Source of the DNA: Ignicoccus pacificus DSM 13166
Lineage (GTDB): Archaea; Thermoproteota; Thermoprotei_A; Sulfolobales; Ignicoccaceae
NCBI GenBank assembly: GCA_025340205.1
Contig: CP006868.1
Coordinates: 870,001-902,000 of the forward strand
Direction of reading: 5' to 3'
Length of the DNA stretch: 32,000 bases
Shown here: positions 9,873-17,890 of the stretch, piece by piece
How the letters are laid out: every line of letters starts with the position of its first letter
Position numbering within the stretch: position 1 is the stretch's first letter
The notes under the pieces: generated by a model
Databases searched by the model: none
The model's input: the letters and a program-made list of their open reading frames with translations, nothing else
What the model was told of the DNA's origin: nothing
Position numbers and translations under genes: made by a program

Positions 9873-10196
9873 TCATCCCCCGATGAGGTAACGACGGTAT
9901 ACTGAAGGATGAGGAACGTTTCCCTTACTGAGGGTTAGTAATAAGTGTATTAAACACGCAAGTTCTCTCCACCTCACTTCAGAGTGTTCCAGAGGCAGAT
10001 CTAGAATTCCTTTACATGAAAGGTCCATGAACTTTACCTCTTCGAACCTTTTATCGTCTTCTAGTTCTTTTGAATTATTAATTATGAATACATGAGCTAT
10101 AGCACCACCTCTGGTACTTATCACAACTATTGGATTATTACCACAGCATATCGCTATTCTACTTTCCTTCTTCGAGCTCCTTCTGGAACCTTTCAA
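9873..10196 (-). CDS. Hypothetical small protein (doubtful ORF)
   Basis: 107-aa ORF with no recognisable motif. The 5' end overlaps the rpoL 3' end by 38 nt, and the 3' end is antisense to the C/D sRNA candidate. It is the only long ORF in the 330-nt gap between deoC and rpoL. Confidence 0.3.
   Translation of the reverse strand: MKGSRRSSKKESRIAICCGNNPIVVISTRGGAIAHVFIINNSKELEDDKRFEEVKFMDLSCKGILDLPLEHSEVRWRELACLIHLLLTLSKGNVPHPSVYRRYLIGG
9877..9935 (+). ncRNA. Candidate C/D box sRNA (2'-O-methylation guide)
   Basis: The + strand reads: ccc g AUGAGGU(9883-9889) aacgacgguaua(12 nt) CUGA(9902-9905) agg AUGAGGA(9909-9915) acguuucccuua(12 nt) CUGA(9928-9931) ggg. Box order and spacing are canonical, and a ccc/ggg terminal stem abuts the boxes. 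The GA dinucleotides needed for K-turn formation are retained. Confidence 0.55.
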
Positions 10197-10449
10197 GGTA
10201 TTGTTGAGCCTCGTCGAGTACTTCCAGGAGGACCTTTAAGGGATCCACTTGACCGTCGGTCCTTATTGTGAGCCAGAGTACGTGTTTGAGGGGGTGCTCC
10301 ACATAATAGACTGACATTGTCACATGCTCCTTCTTGGCGGCTAACTTGGATATGAGATTACCTAAGGTATGGCTCTCCCCCTCTATCTTGATCCTTAACT
10401 CCTTATCGGTCCTCACTACTATTTCCGGCTTCTTCAATATCGCGCTCAT
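10159..10449 (-). CDS. rpoL: DNA-directed RNA polymerase subunit L (Rpo11)
   Basis: The motif ELRIKIEGESHTLGNLI matches the RpoL signature (E-G-E-D/S-H-T-L-G-N-L). I prefer the internal ATG at 10449 (MSAILKKPEIVV...), which gives a typical ~96-aa protein. The ORF track start at 10470 is the alternative. Confidence 0.85.
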   Translation of the reverse strand: MSAILKKPEIVVRTDKELRIKIEGESHTLGNLISKLAAKKEHVTMSVYYVEHPLKHVLWLTIRTDGQVDPLKVLLEVLDEAQQYLERFQKELEEGK

Positions 10450-11068
10450 TTCTGCCCAACCCCCATTCATCGCTCGTGAGGAGTTTTACTAGTCTTCTCA
10501 AAGCCGAACGCCACTCTTCCTTCAGTCTATAACCGAAGTCAGCTTCTTCAATTATTGAATAGTTTTTCATGATTTCAATGATCCTTTCGGGATCTATGTC
10601 GTATACGGTATGTAAGACCATTACTATTTTCTTAGCGCTACTTGGTAGCTTGAACCTAACCTCATCGTTTTCGAGAACCTCACTCATACCTCTCATGACG
10701 TCAATTATTGTATCACCAGGGGCATTGGTAATTATGTACTCTCCCTCCCTCTTCGCTTTGAACCCTTTCAAGGTGAGCGCTAATAACAACGCATCTAGTG
10801 GTACTGTAGTCTTTGCTCCCTTCACTAGGTCCTCAACGGAGTAACGTCCTCCTTTCATCCTTTCTACTTCCATACCCCTCTTGATGTTTTCTATCTCATA
10901 TCTCAATGATTTTAATTCGTAGGGCATTCCTATAGCCTCAATAATTAATGTATTCCCCTTTACTTGAGTCTTCATCCACCTGGCGCTAATTTCTTCCATT
11001 ATTTTATTCAGTAACTCTACACAAACGTCGCTACTCGAGCACTTTATCACGAACCTCCTTGTGATCAA
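10403..11068 (-). CDS. Conserved-looking hypothetical protein, unknown function
   Basis: 221-aa ORF with good protein-like composition immediately upstream of rpoL. Its 3' end overlaps rpoL by 47-68 nt. I recognise no catalytic motif. Confidence 0.55.
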   Translation of the reverse strand: MITRRFVIKCSSSDVCVELLNKIMEEISARWMKTQVKGNTLIIEAIGMPYELKSLRYEIENIKRGMEVERMKGGRYSVEDLVKGAKTTVPLDALLLALTLKGFKAKREGEYIITNAPGDTIIDVMRGMSEVLENDEVRFKLPSSAKKIVMVLHTVYDIDPERIIEIMKNYSIIEEADFGYRLKEEWRSALRRLVKLLTSDEWGLGRNERDIEEAGNSSEDR

Positions 11069-11162
11069 TTAGTTAACATCACCACGGTCTGAGTCACGGT
11101 TGGCTTAATTAGATGGATTCTTTATTACACGTATCCTCTCAGGTGAGTGGGGGATAGGAACG

Positions 11163-11477
11163 ATGAGCGACGTGAAGTTCTACAAGATTAGCGGCTATAT
11201 GCTGATATCTCATGATAAAAACCCCAGATGGCAGAAGTTTGAGATCATTAGAAGGGGAACGAAGCCGGAGGATGTAATGGAGAGGGTGTACTCCGAGCTC
11301 GGCAGCAGACATAAGCTAAGAAGATATCATATTAAAATAGAGAACGTGACTGAGGTTAAGGAGGAGGAAATAGAAGACATCCACTACCTCCAGTTAGCAC
11401 ACCTGGAGGCGTGGGAAGCCTACGATGCTGATAAGGTGTGGAGGAAGTATAAGAAAAAGGTGATTTCTAATGAGTAA
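11163..11477 (+). CDS. rplX: 50S ribosomal protein LX (L18Ae / eL20)
   Basis: The sequence MSDVKFYKISGYMLISHDKNPRWQKFE...YSELGSRHKLRRYHIKI matches the crenarchaeal LX signature. It heads the conserved LX-pfdA-ftsY arrangement. Confidence 0.8.
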   Translation: MSDVKFYKISGYMLISHDKNPRWQKFEIIRRGTKPEDVMERVYSELGSRHKLRRYHIKIENVTEVKEEEIEDIHYLQLAHLEAWEAYDADKVWRKYKKKVISNE

Positions 11478-11919
11478 TAAAGAAATTTCACAAGAAGCCT
11501 TACAACTCTTAGCTCAGTATGAGCAACTTAAGGGCTTAGTTACCGCACTTGCAAACGAACTCGAAAAGCAGAAGTTAACTCTAGAGGACATAAACGTAAC
11601 CTTAAAGGAATTAGAGAAACTAGAGGGCAAGAAGGAAGGATTAGTCCCTCTAGGAGTCGTCCTCAGTAAGGCTGAGATATCAGACGAAGTGTTGGTGCCT
11701 ATAGGAGCTAACTACTATGTTAGTATGAAGGCCAAAGACGCTATTGAGAAGGTGAAAGAGTTAAAGAAGATATATGAGGAAAATGTAAAGAATACGGAGA
11801 AAAACTTGAACGAGCTCCTAGCGGCGCTTAGCGCTATTGAAGGGAAGCTGGTGGATCTACAAAGGGGAGCTCAGAGTGCTGGGAAGGCTGAAGAAGGCGC
11901 TAAAGAATCTAGTAAGTGA
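11470..11919 (+). CDS. pfdA: Prefoldin alpha subunit
   Basis: 149 aa with coiled-coil N- and C-terminal arms flanking a central beta hairpin region (VPLGVVLSKAEI...LVPIGANYYV). It holds the conserved position between LX and FtsY. There is an 8-nt overlap with rplX. Confidence 0.8.
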   Translation: MSNKEISQEALQLLAQYEQLKGLVTALANELEKQKLTLEDINVTLKELEKLEGKKEGLVPLGVVLSKAEISDEVLVPIGANYYVSMKAKDAIEKVKELKKIYEENVKNTEKNLNELLAALSAIEGKLVDLQRGAQSAGKAEEGAKESSK

Positions 11920-12955
11920 GATCAGTAACAAGGCTGTAGTTGAGAAAGAAGAAGTAATTGAGAAAGAAGTTCCTAAAATTGAGGAGAAGAAGGAAGTAAA
12001 GAAGGTAGATCAAAAAAGTGAGAAATTAACCAAGATAACAGAAGAGAAAAAGGAAAAGGTAAAGAAGGGATTTTTCGCTAAAGTAAAAGAAACCTTAGTT
12101 TACAAGGAACTCGACCTAAAGAAACTCGAACCGATTTTGGAAGAATACGTTCTACTGCTTACTGAAGCAGATGTTGCTTATGAGGTGGCTGAAGAGTTAA
12201 TAGAGAAGTTCAAGGAAAGATTGAAGGGTAAGAAGATAAGAAGAGGTGAGGACGAGAAAAAGATAATAGAAGATGCACTCAGGGAAGCAATCTACGACCT
12301 CATAAATATACCAGGCCCAGATCTGGTGGAAGAGGCAAAGAAGGCTAAGGCTGAAGGTAGGATATTGAAAATAATGTTTATGGGAGTTAACGGCGTAGGT
12401 AAGACAACCACCATAGCTAAGGTAGCTTATATGTTGAAGAAGGCTGGGATAACGCCAGTCTTAGCAGCTGCTGATACCTTTAGGGCAGGCGCTGTCGAGC
12501 AACTAAAACAACACGCAGAGAGAATAGGCGTGCCTATAGTAACAAAGCCCTATGGGAGTGACCCAGCTGCTGTAGCCTATGATGCCATAGAATTCGCTAA
12601 AGCGAGAGGGTTCAGCGTCGTTCTAGTGGATACGGCTGGTAGGATGCATGTAGATGTAGATTTGATGAATGAACTCAGAAAGGTCGCTAGGGTGATAGAG
12701 CCCGACTATAAGATCTTAGTTTTAGACGCTCTTACTGGAAATGATGCTGTTGAACAAGCTAGGTTCTTTGATGAAGCGGTAGGGGTCGATGGGGTGATAC
12801 TCACCAAAGTGGACGCAGACGCAAAAGGCGGTGCGGTGCTGAGCGTGGCGGCAACGATAAAGAAGCCCATACTGTATTTGGGCATAGGCCAAGGTTACGA
12901 GGATTTGATAAGGTTCGACCCCTCGTGGTTCGTGGAAAGGTTGCTGGGTGAGTGA
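11876..12955 (+). CDS. ftsY: Signal recognition particle receptor FtsY
   Basis: It has a Lys/Glu-rich A domain and an NG domain with GVNGVGKTTT (G1), DTAGR (G3) and TKVDA (G4). I prefer GTG 11876 (VLGRLKKALKNL...), which resembles typical FtsY N-termini. The track ATG at 11837 would overlap pfdA by 83 nt. Confidence 0.9.
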   Translation: MLGRLKKALKNLVSEISNKAVVEKEEVIEKEVPKIEEKKEVKKVDQKSEKLTKITEEKKEKVKKGFFAKVKETLVYKELDLKKLEPILEEYVLLLTEADVAYEVAEELIEKFKERLKGKKIRRGEDEKKIIEDALREAIYDLINIPGPDLVEEAKKAKAEGRILKIMFMGVNGVGKTTTIAKVAYMLKKAGITPVLAAADTFRAGAVEQLKQHAERIGVPIVTKPYGSDPAAVAYDAIEFAKARGFSVVLVDTAGRMHVDVDLMNELRKVARVIEPDYKILVLDALTGNDAVEQARFFDEAVGVDGVILTKVDADAKGGAVLSVAATIKKPILYLGIGQGYEDLIRFDPSWFVERLLGE

Positions 12956-13145
12956 GATGATTGACAAGTACTGGAACAAGCTTGTTGAAATGATATACGA
13001 ATGGAGATCGATACTAAACAAAGCGAGTAAACCCTCTCCAGAAGAGTTAAGTGCAATAATGAAGGTAGTGGGGTTGGCCACGATAATAATAGGAGTGCTG
13101 GCATATGTAATAAGACTATTGGCTGTACTCTTCCTATTTAGTTAA
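12948..13145 (+). CDS. secE: Protein translocase subunit SecE / Sec61 gamma
   Basis: 65 aa with a single C-terminal TM helix (VVGLATIIIGVLAYVIRLLAVLFLF) preceded by KPSPEEL. It holds the conserved position upstream of spt5-rpl11. Confidence 0.8.
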   Translation: MSEMIDKYWNKLVEMIYEWRSILNKASKPSPEELSAIMKVVGLATIIIGVLAYVIRLLAVLFLFS

Positions 13146-13156
13146 CGGTGATAGAG

Positions 13157-13594
13157 ATGGCATTTTTCCCGGTTAGGACGGTAAGCGGAAAAGAGTTAGA
13201 GGTAGCATTGTTGATAGAGACTAGAGCAAAAGCTATGGGTCTCGATGTGAGATCGGTTGTAGTACCTCCCAGGATCAAGGGGTTCGTTATAGTTGAGGCA
13301 CCGGCACATTTCATTGTACTTGAGGTAACTAGGGGAATAAAGCACGTTAAGGGGGGTCCAGGAAAGAAGATGAAAAAAGAAGAAGTATTGAAGTTAGTGA
13401 AACCCATTCCGATAATAGAGTTGATAAACGTAGGCGATATCGTCGAACTAGTCGCCGGCCCCTTCAAAGGTATGAAGGCAAAAGTTGAAGGCAAGGACGT
13501 GGAGAAGAACGAAGTTATACTTAACATTTTAGAAGCTGCCTATCCCCTGCAGATCACAGTGCCAGCAGATTATGTGAAACCGGTGAGGAGGTGA
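13157..13594 (+). CDS. spt5: Transcription elongation factor Spt5 (NusG homolog)
   Basis: It has the NGN domain start [13 protein letters not shown] and a C-terminal KOW motif ([18 protein letters not shown]). ATG 13157 is preferred; an alternative GTG lies at 13148. Confidence 0.85.
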   Translation: MAFFPVRTVSGKELEVALLIETRAKAMGLDVRSVVVPPRIKGFVIVEAPAHFIVLEVTRGIKHVKGGPGKKMKKEEVLKLVKPIPIIELINVGDIVELVAGPFKGMKAKVEGKDVEKNEVILNILEAAYPLQITVPADYVKPVRR

Positions 13595-13599
13595 GTGTT

Positions 13600-14109
13600 A
13601 TGCCCAAGAAGGTGCTAACGTTTAGCATCGAGGGAGGTGCTGCTAAGCCCGCTCCGCCGATAAAGCCCGCACTCGAGGGTGTGGGTCTACCAGTAGAGGA
13701 GGTTGTTGAGAAGATAAACGAGATGACGAAGAGGTATAAAGGTTTTACTATAACCGTCAAGGTCATTGTTGATCCGGACACTAAGGAGTATGAAATAGAG
13801 ATAGAGCCACCTAACATCACCGAGTTGCTCCTCAAGCTGGCGGGCGCTAAGGCTCCCTCCGGAGATCCTATACACAAGAAGGTCGGTAACCTACCTTTTG
13901 AGAAGGTAGTGGAAGCTGCCCTAATGAAGGCTCCAGAGTTAACCGCTAAGACCTTGAAGGGAGCTGTCAAAACAGTCTTGGGCACGGCTAGGGCAATAGG
14001 CTTGACGGTTGACAAGAAGGACCCCAAGGAGGTAACTAAGGAAGTCGAGGCTGGTGTATACGACGAGGTCTTGAGCAAATACGAGGAAGAGTGGGAGACA
14101 GTTAGTTAA
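13600..14109 (+). CDS. rpl11: 50S ribosomal protein L11 (uL11)
   Basis: The sequence [23 protein letters not shown]...ITVKVIVD is L11-like. It holds the conserved position after spt5. ATG 13600 is preferred over GTG 13591. Confidence 0.9.
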   Translation: MPKKVLTFSIEGGAAKPAPPIKPALEGVGLPVEEVVEKINEMTKRYKGFTITVKVIVDPDTKEYEIEIEPPNITELLLKLAGAKAPSGDPIHKKVGNLPFEKVVEAALMKAPELTAKTLKGAVKTVLGTARAIGLTVDKKDPKEVTKEVEAGVYDEVLSKYEEEWETVS

Positions 14110-14141
14110 AGCCCCGGTGTAGGTGGCCTAGGGGATCAATT

Positions 14142-14786
14142 ATGATCGTCAGCCAAGAGGCGCTGGAGCGAGCGATCGCGGACGCGCTGAAGCTATCGAA
14201 GAAGAGGAACTTCAAGGAATCCGTGGATATAACAGTCGTGCTCAAGGATATAAACTTGAAGGGACCAGAGGGCAGAATAAGGGAGGTCGTAGAGCTGCCC
14301 CATCCTCCGAACAAGGAAGTGAAGATATGTGTGGTAGCTGACGGAGACATGGCATTAAAGGCCCAGAGGATGGGTCTAAGGGTAATAACTAAGGATGAAC
14401 TTCAACAAATAGACAAGAAGAAGGCTAAGAAGATAGCTAAGGAATGCGACTGGGTCCTCGTTAAGGTGGACCTCATGGGTCTTGTCGGTAGGATCCTAGG
14501 TCCAGCCCTAGGACCTAGAGGTAAGGCACCAGTCCCAGTACCTCCTAACGCTCCTCTTGAGGCTATCGTGAGGAAGTATCAGAAATCCGTCAATTTGAGG
14601 GTTAGGAAACAACCCCAAGTTATGTGCAGAATAGGCACTGAGGATATGGACGTTAAGCAGTTGGCTGAAAACGCACAAGCAGTCATAAGCGCACTGGAGA
14701 GGAAGTTACCGAACCCTCAGAACCAGATAGCCAAAGTTATAGTTAAGACCACGATGGGTCCTCCAGTACTGGTTACTGAGGGGTGA
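14142..14786 (+). CDS. rpl1: 50S ribosomal protein L1 (uL1)
   Basis: 214 aa. The sequences KKRNFKESVDITVVLKDINL and LGPALGPRGKAP are typical of L1, and the gene sits at the L11-L1-L10 position. Confidence 0.9.
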   Translation: MIVSQEALERAIADALKLSKKRNFKESVDITVVLKDINLKGPEGRIREVVELPHPPNKEVKICVVADGDMALKAQRMGLRVITKDELQQIDKKKAKKIAKECDWVLVKVDLMGLVGRILGPALGPRGKAPVPVPPNAPLEAIVRKYQKSVNLRVRKQPQVMCRIGTEDMDVKQLAENAQAVISALERKLPNPQNQIAKVIVKTTMGPPVLVTEG

Positions 14787-14792
14787 TAAACG

Positions 14793-15836
14793 ATGAGCGC
14801 AATAACGGCACACATCAGTACCTACCACAGAGAGAAGTTCCCAGAGAAGAAAGTAAAGATAGTAAACGAGGTAAAGAATAAGCTGAAAGAGAAAGACGTA
14901 ATAGTGGTTATCGACCTAAAGAAGACGCCAGCAAACTTGGTCCACAAGTTCAGGAAGAAGTACAGGAAAAAGTGGAGTGATATGGAAGTTATTAAGAATA
15001 ACCTCGTCAGGAAGGCATTTGAGCAAAGTAACATAGAGATGCCTGAAGAAATGGACAAAGCTCTGGTAGACGCTAACATGTTCATCTTCACCAATGATAA
15101 CCCCTTCGAGGTAGCTCTCCAGATATCCAAGTTCTCCATGCCCGCCCCTGCTAAGCCCGGCGATGTTGCTCAAACCGAGATAGTTGTTCCAGCCGGCGAT
15201 ACCGGACTAACTCCCGGTCCCATACTCTCAACCTTCGGTAAGCTAAGGATAAAGACCATGGTAAAAGGAGGAACTATACACATAGTCAAGGATACCGTAG
15301 TTGCTAAGCCTGGCGACGTGATCTCGCCGGAGCTAGCGAGCTTGTTGCAAAAGCTAGGGATAACCCCCATGGAACTTAGAATGAAGGTAAAGGGAGCTTA
15401 CGTAAAGAGTTTGAACAAGTGGATACCGGCTGACGAGTTGGTATTAGACTTAGAGAAGTATAAGCAAGAGATCGCAGAGGCCTATCAGAACGCTTTGGCA
15501 CTAGGAGTAAGCATAGCATACCCAGTACCGGAGGTACTGGAGCTCAGCTTAGCGAAGGCGTTCCAGGACGCTCTAAAGGTAGCGATAGAGGCTGGATGGC
15601 TGAGCAAGGAGACGGCGCCGTATCTGATAGCGAAGGCGCAGGCCCAAGCCATGGCTCTAGCGGCAGCCTTGGGCGACACCGCCAAGGAACTCGGAATAGA
15701 GGTAAGCGCTGCTCCAGCCGCTGCTCCGAGCGCCGGAGCCGAGGAGAAGAAGGAAGAGGAAGAGGAGGAAGAAGAGGAGAAGAAAGAGGTATCCGAGGAG
15801 GACCTAAGCGCCGGCCTAGGCGCGTTATTCGGTTAA
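14793..15836 (+). CDS. rpl10: 50S ribosomal protein L10 / acidic stalk protein P0 (uL10)
   Basis: 347 aa ending with the archaeal stalk tail AEEKKEEEEEEEEEKKEVSEEDLSAGLGALFG. Confidence 0.9.
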   Translation: MSAITAHISTYHREKFPEKKVKIVNEVKNKLKEKDVIVVIDLKKTPANLVHKFRKKYRKKWSDMEVIKNNLVRKAFEQSNIEMPEEMDKALVDANMFIFTNDNPFEVALQISKFSMPAPAKPGDVAQTEIVVPAGDTGLTPGPILSTFGKLRIKTMVKGGTIHIVKDTVVAKPGDVISPELASLLQKLGITPMELRMKVKGAYVKSLNKWIPADELVLDLEKYKQEIAEAYQNALALGVSIAYPVPEVLELSLAKAFQDALKVAIEAGWLSKETAPYLIAKAQAQAMALAAALGDTAKELGIEVSAAPAAAPSAGAEEKKEEEEEEEEEKKEVSEEDLSAGLGALFG

Positions 15837-15837
15837 C

Positions 15838-15842
15838 TTTTT
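15838..15842 (+). terminator. Oligo-T tract immediately after the rpl10 stop (candidate archaeal terminator)
   Basis: The sequence is taa-c-TTTTT-g, starting 2 nt after the stop codon. Archaeal termination commonly occurs at T-runs. Confidence 0.35.
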
Positions 15843-15853
15843 GTCGCTTCACC

Positions 15854-15860
15854 TTATTTA
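15854..15860 (+). promoter_or_regulatory. TATA-like element for the NifX-like/MinD-Fd module
   Basis: TTATTTA lies 33 nt upstream of ATG 15893. This is compatible with a short-leader transcript. Confidence 0.3.
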
Positions 15861-15892
15861 GTTCGGTTAGCCTTTCCTAACTGGGACGGAAC

Positions 15893-16201
15893 ATGAAGGT
15901 AGCAGTAATGGCCGAATCCCCCAATGGACCAGTCTCCCATAGGTTCGCTAGAGCACCCTATATTCTCATATATGAAGTGAACGGTAGGGTTAGATTAATC
16001 GAAGCGAGGCAGAACCCCTTCGTTGTTGGGAGAGCAGCTGGACCAGGGGTGATCAATTTGTTGGCTCAGTTAGGCGTCGACGCTGTAGTGGGGCCACAAC
16101 CCGGCCCCAGCGCGATAACAGCGCTCCAACAGCTTGGAATAAGATATGTCCCCGCCCAGCCCGGTGAGTCAATAGAAAGCGCATTGAGGAGAGTGATATG
16201 A
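15893..16201 (+). CDS. NifX/NifB-C-terminal-like (dinitrogenase FeMo-cofactor biosynthesis family) small protein
   Basis: 102 aa. MKVAVMAESPNGPVSHRFARAPYILIYEV is the characteristic N-terminus of the NifX/NifB-C domain family. The region looks G+C-richer than its flanks by eye. The stop overlaps the next ATG (ATGA). Confidence 0.8.
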   Translation: MKVAVMAESPNGPVSHRFARAPYILIYEVNGRVRLIEARQNPFVVGRAAGPGVINLLAQLGVDAVVGPQPGPSAITALQQLGIRYVPAQPGESIESALRRVI

Positions 16202-17075
16202 AGGAAATAGCGATAGTAAGCGGTAAGGGTGTACAGGAAAGAGTACACTAAGCGCATCGTTAATGGCCCTCTCCAGAGGTTCATTGGTCGGAGTTGACGC
16301 TGACGTCGATGCCCCTAATCTGTATCTACTTCTAGGAGACTTTATGGAAATTCAGAGCGAGGAAGAGCTCTACGAATCTAAGAAGGCCTTCATTGAGTTT
16401 GACAGATGTACTAGGTGTATGAAGTGCTTGGAGGCTTGTCAAAACGGTGCCATAACCAGAGACCTAAGGATAATTCCAGAGCTTTGCGATGGATGTCCAG
16501 CTTGTGCCTTTGCATGTCCAGAGGGAGCGATAAAGTTCAAGATAACCTATAGCGGCAAGATAATAGTTGGAAGTACCAAGTACGGCAAGCTCGTCATGGC
16601 AAAATTGGCGCTGGGTGAGAGAGGAAGCGGTAGCTTGGTTGAGAGCGTTCGGAACATTGGTAGGAGATTAGCATTCGATGAAGGCGCATCGGCAATTTTA
16701 GTGGACGCTGCAGCCGGAACCGGTTGTTCTACAATCTCCAGTATCACCGGAGCTTCCTATGCAGTTATCGTGGCAGAACCCACTCCAACTTCTCTTTACG
16801 AAATTAATAGGGTGATCGATCTATTGAAGCATTTTAAGATAAAGAGCTTTGGTGTAATCAATAAAGCTGGGATAAACAAAGGCGTAGAAGATGAAATTGT
16901 AAATGTTTTCGATAAAGAAGGAATAGAGCTCTTGGGAAGAGTACCTTACGATCCTCTAGTTCTAGAAGCGGTGTCCCACATGGTACCAATTGTTGACTAC
17001 TCTCCCAAATCAGCATCATCTCTTGCTATTAAGAGAATATATGATAAGCTCGGTGAGGTGACTGGACTTTGGTAA
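16198..17075 (+). pseudogene. MinD/ParA-type P-loop ATPase with inserted 2x[4Fe-4S] ferredoxin domain, frameshifted in Walker A
   Basis: ATG 16198 gives MKEIAIVSGKG, then VQERVH and a stop at 16249. Shifting frame at ~16230 gives (G/C)TGKSTLSASLMALSRG..., which continues into the 16263-17075 ORF. The sequence ggt aag ggt gt aca gga aag is one nt short of GKGGTGK. Downstream are CTRCMKCLEACQNG and CDGCPACAFACPEG cluster motifs and MinD-like switch regions. Confidence 0.75.
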
Positions 17076-17887
17076 AGATAGCGGTCACCGGAGGTAAAGG
17101 AGGATCGGGTAAAACTACTATCGCCGTCAGTTTAGCCAAACTCTTGAATAAAAGATTAATCGATGCGGATGTGGTTGGACCCAATGTTCATGTACTACTA
17201 AAAGCGGAAAGGAGAAAGGTTGAAGATGTGAGAATATTCATCCCTAGGATAAACGTGGACAGATGTAGTAAGTGTGGTGCTTGTGCCTCAGCTTGTCCAG
17301 AAAACGCCTTGCTCTGGAGACCCTTACATTATCCTGTTCTACTTAGAGAACTATGTACAGGATGTAAAACGTGTTACTATCTATGTAGGAAAATAGACAA
17401 CGCTATCGAAGAAGGTGAAATGAGTGTTGGTAAAATATTCGAGGGAGAAGGTTATGGTATAAGATTCCTTCAAGGGGAAAATGAACCGTGGATGAAGAAG
17501 GCCTCAGCGGTCAGCCTGAGGCTAATGAAGTTCCTAAAAGGTGACGAAGTTATCGATACACCTCCTGGAACTTCAATAATTACGTTTATACCTTTGCTGT
17601 ACGCGGACCTAGTAATAGAAGTAGTCGAACCGACTCCTCATGGTATACGGGATTTTTGGGAGTCGGTAAATATGGTGAAGAAGCTGGGGAAAGAAATAAT
17701 TGTAGTCATCAATAAGTATGGAATAGGACTGACCGGGGAACTTGAGAAAGAACTTAAATCTAAGGGATATAAGTACGTAAAGGTGCCATACGATCAGGAA
17801 ATATTGAAGGCGTACTCTGAAATGAGACCCATCTGGGAAGTCAGTGTGCTTAGAGAAGCTATAGAGAAGCTGAGGGAGTATTTGTAA
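17069..17887 (+). CDS. MinD/ParA-type P-loop ATPase with inserted 2x[4Fe-4S] ferredoxin domain (intact paralog)
   Basis: 272 aa with a TTG start that overlaps the upstream stop by 7 nt. The deviant Walker A is intact (GGKGGSGKTT). Cluster motifs are CSKCGACASACPEN and CTGCKTCYYLC. Confidence 0.85.
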   Translation: MVKIAVTGGKGGSGKTTIAVSLAKLLNKRLIDADVVGPNVHVLLKAERRKVEDVRIFIPRINVDRCSKCGACASACPENALLWRPLHYPVLLRELCTGCKTCYYLCRKIDNAIEEGEMSVGKIFEGEGYGIRFLQGENEPWMKKASAVSLRLMKFLKGDEVIDTPPGTSIITFIPLLYADLVIEVVEPTPHGIRDFWESVNMVKKLGKEIIVVINKYGIGLTGELEKELKSKGYKYVKVPYDQEILKAYSEMRPIWEVSVLREAIEKLREYL

Positions 17888-17890
17888 AAA

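Noticed and set aside
15735-15795. GAG/GAA/AAG-rich simple-sequence tract.
   Set aside because: It encodes the conserved acidic stalk tail (EEKKEEEEEEEEEKKE) of L10/P0, so it is a coding low-complexity region and not a microsatellite or repeat element.
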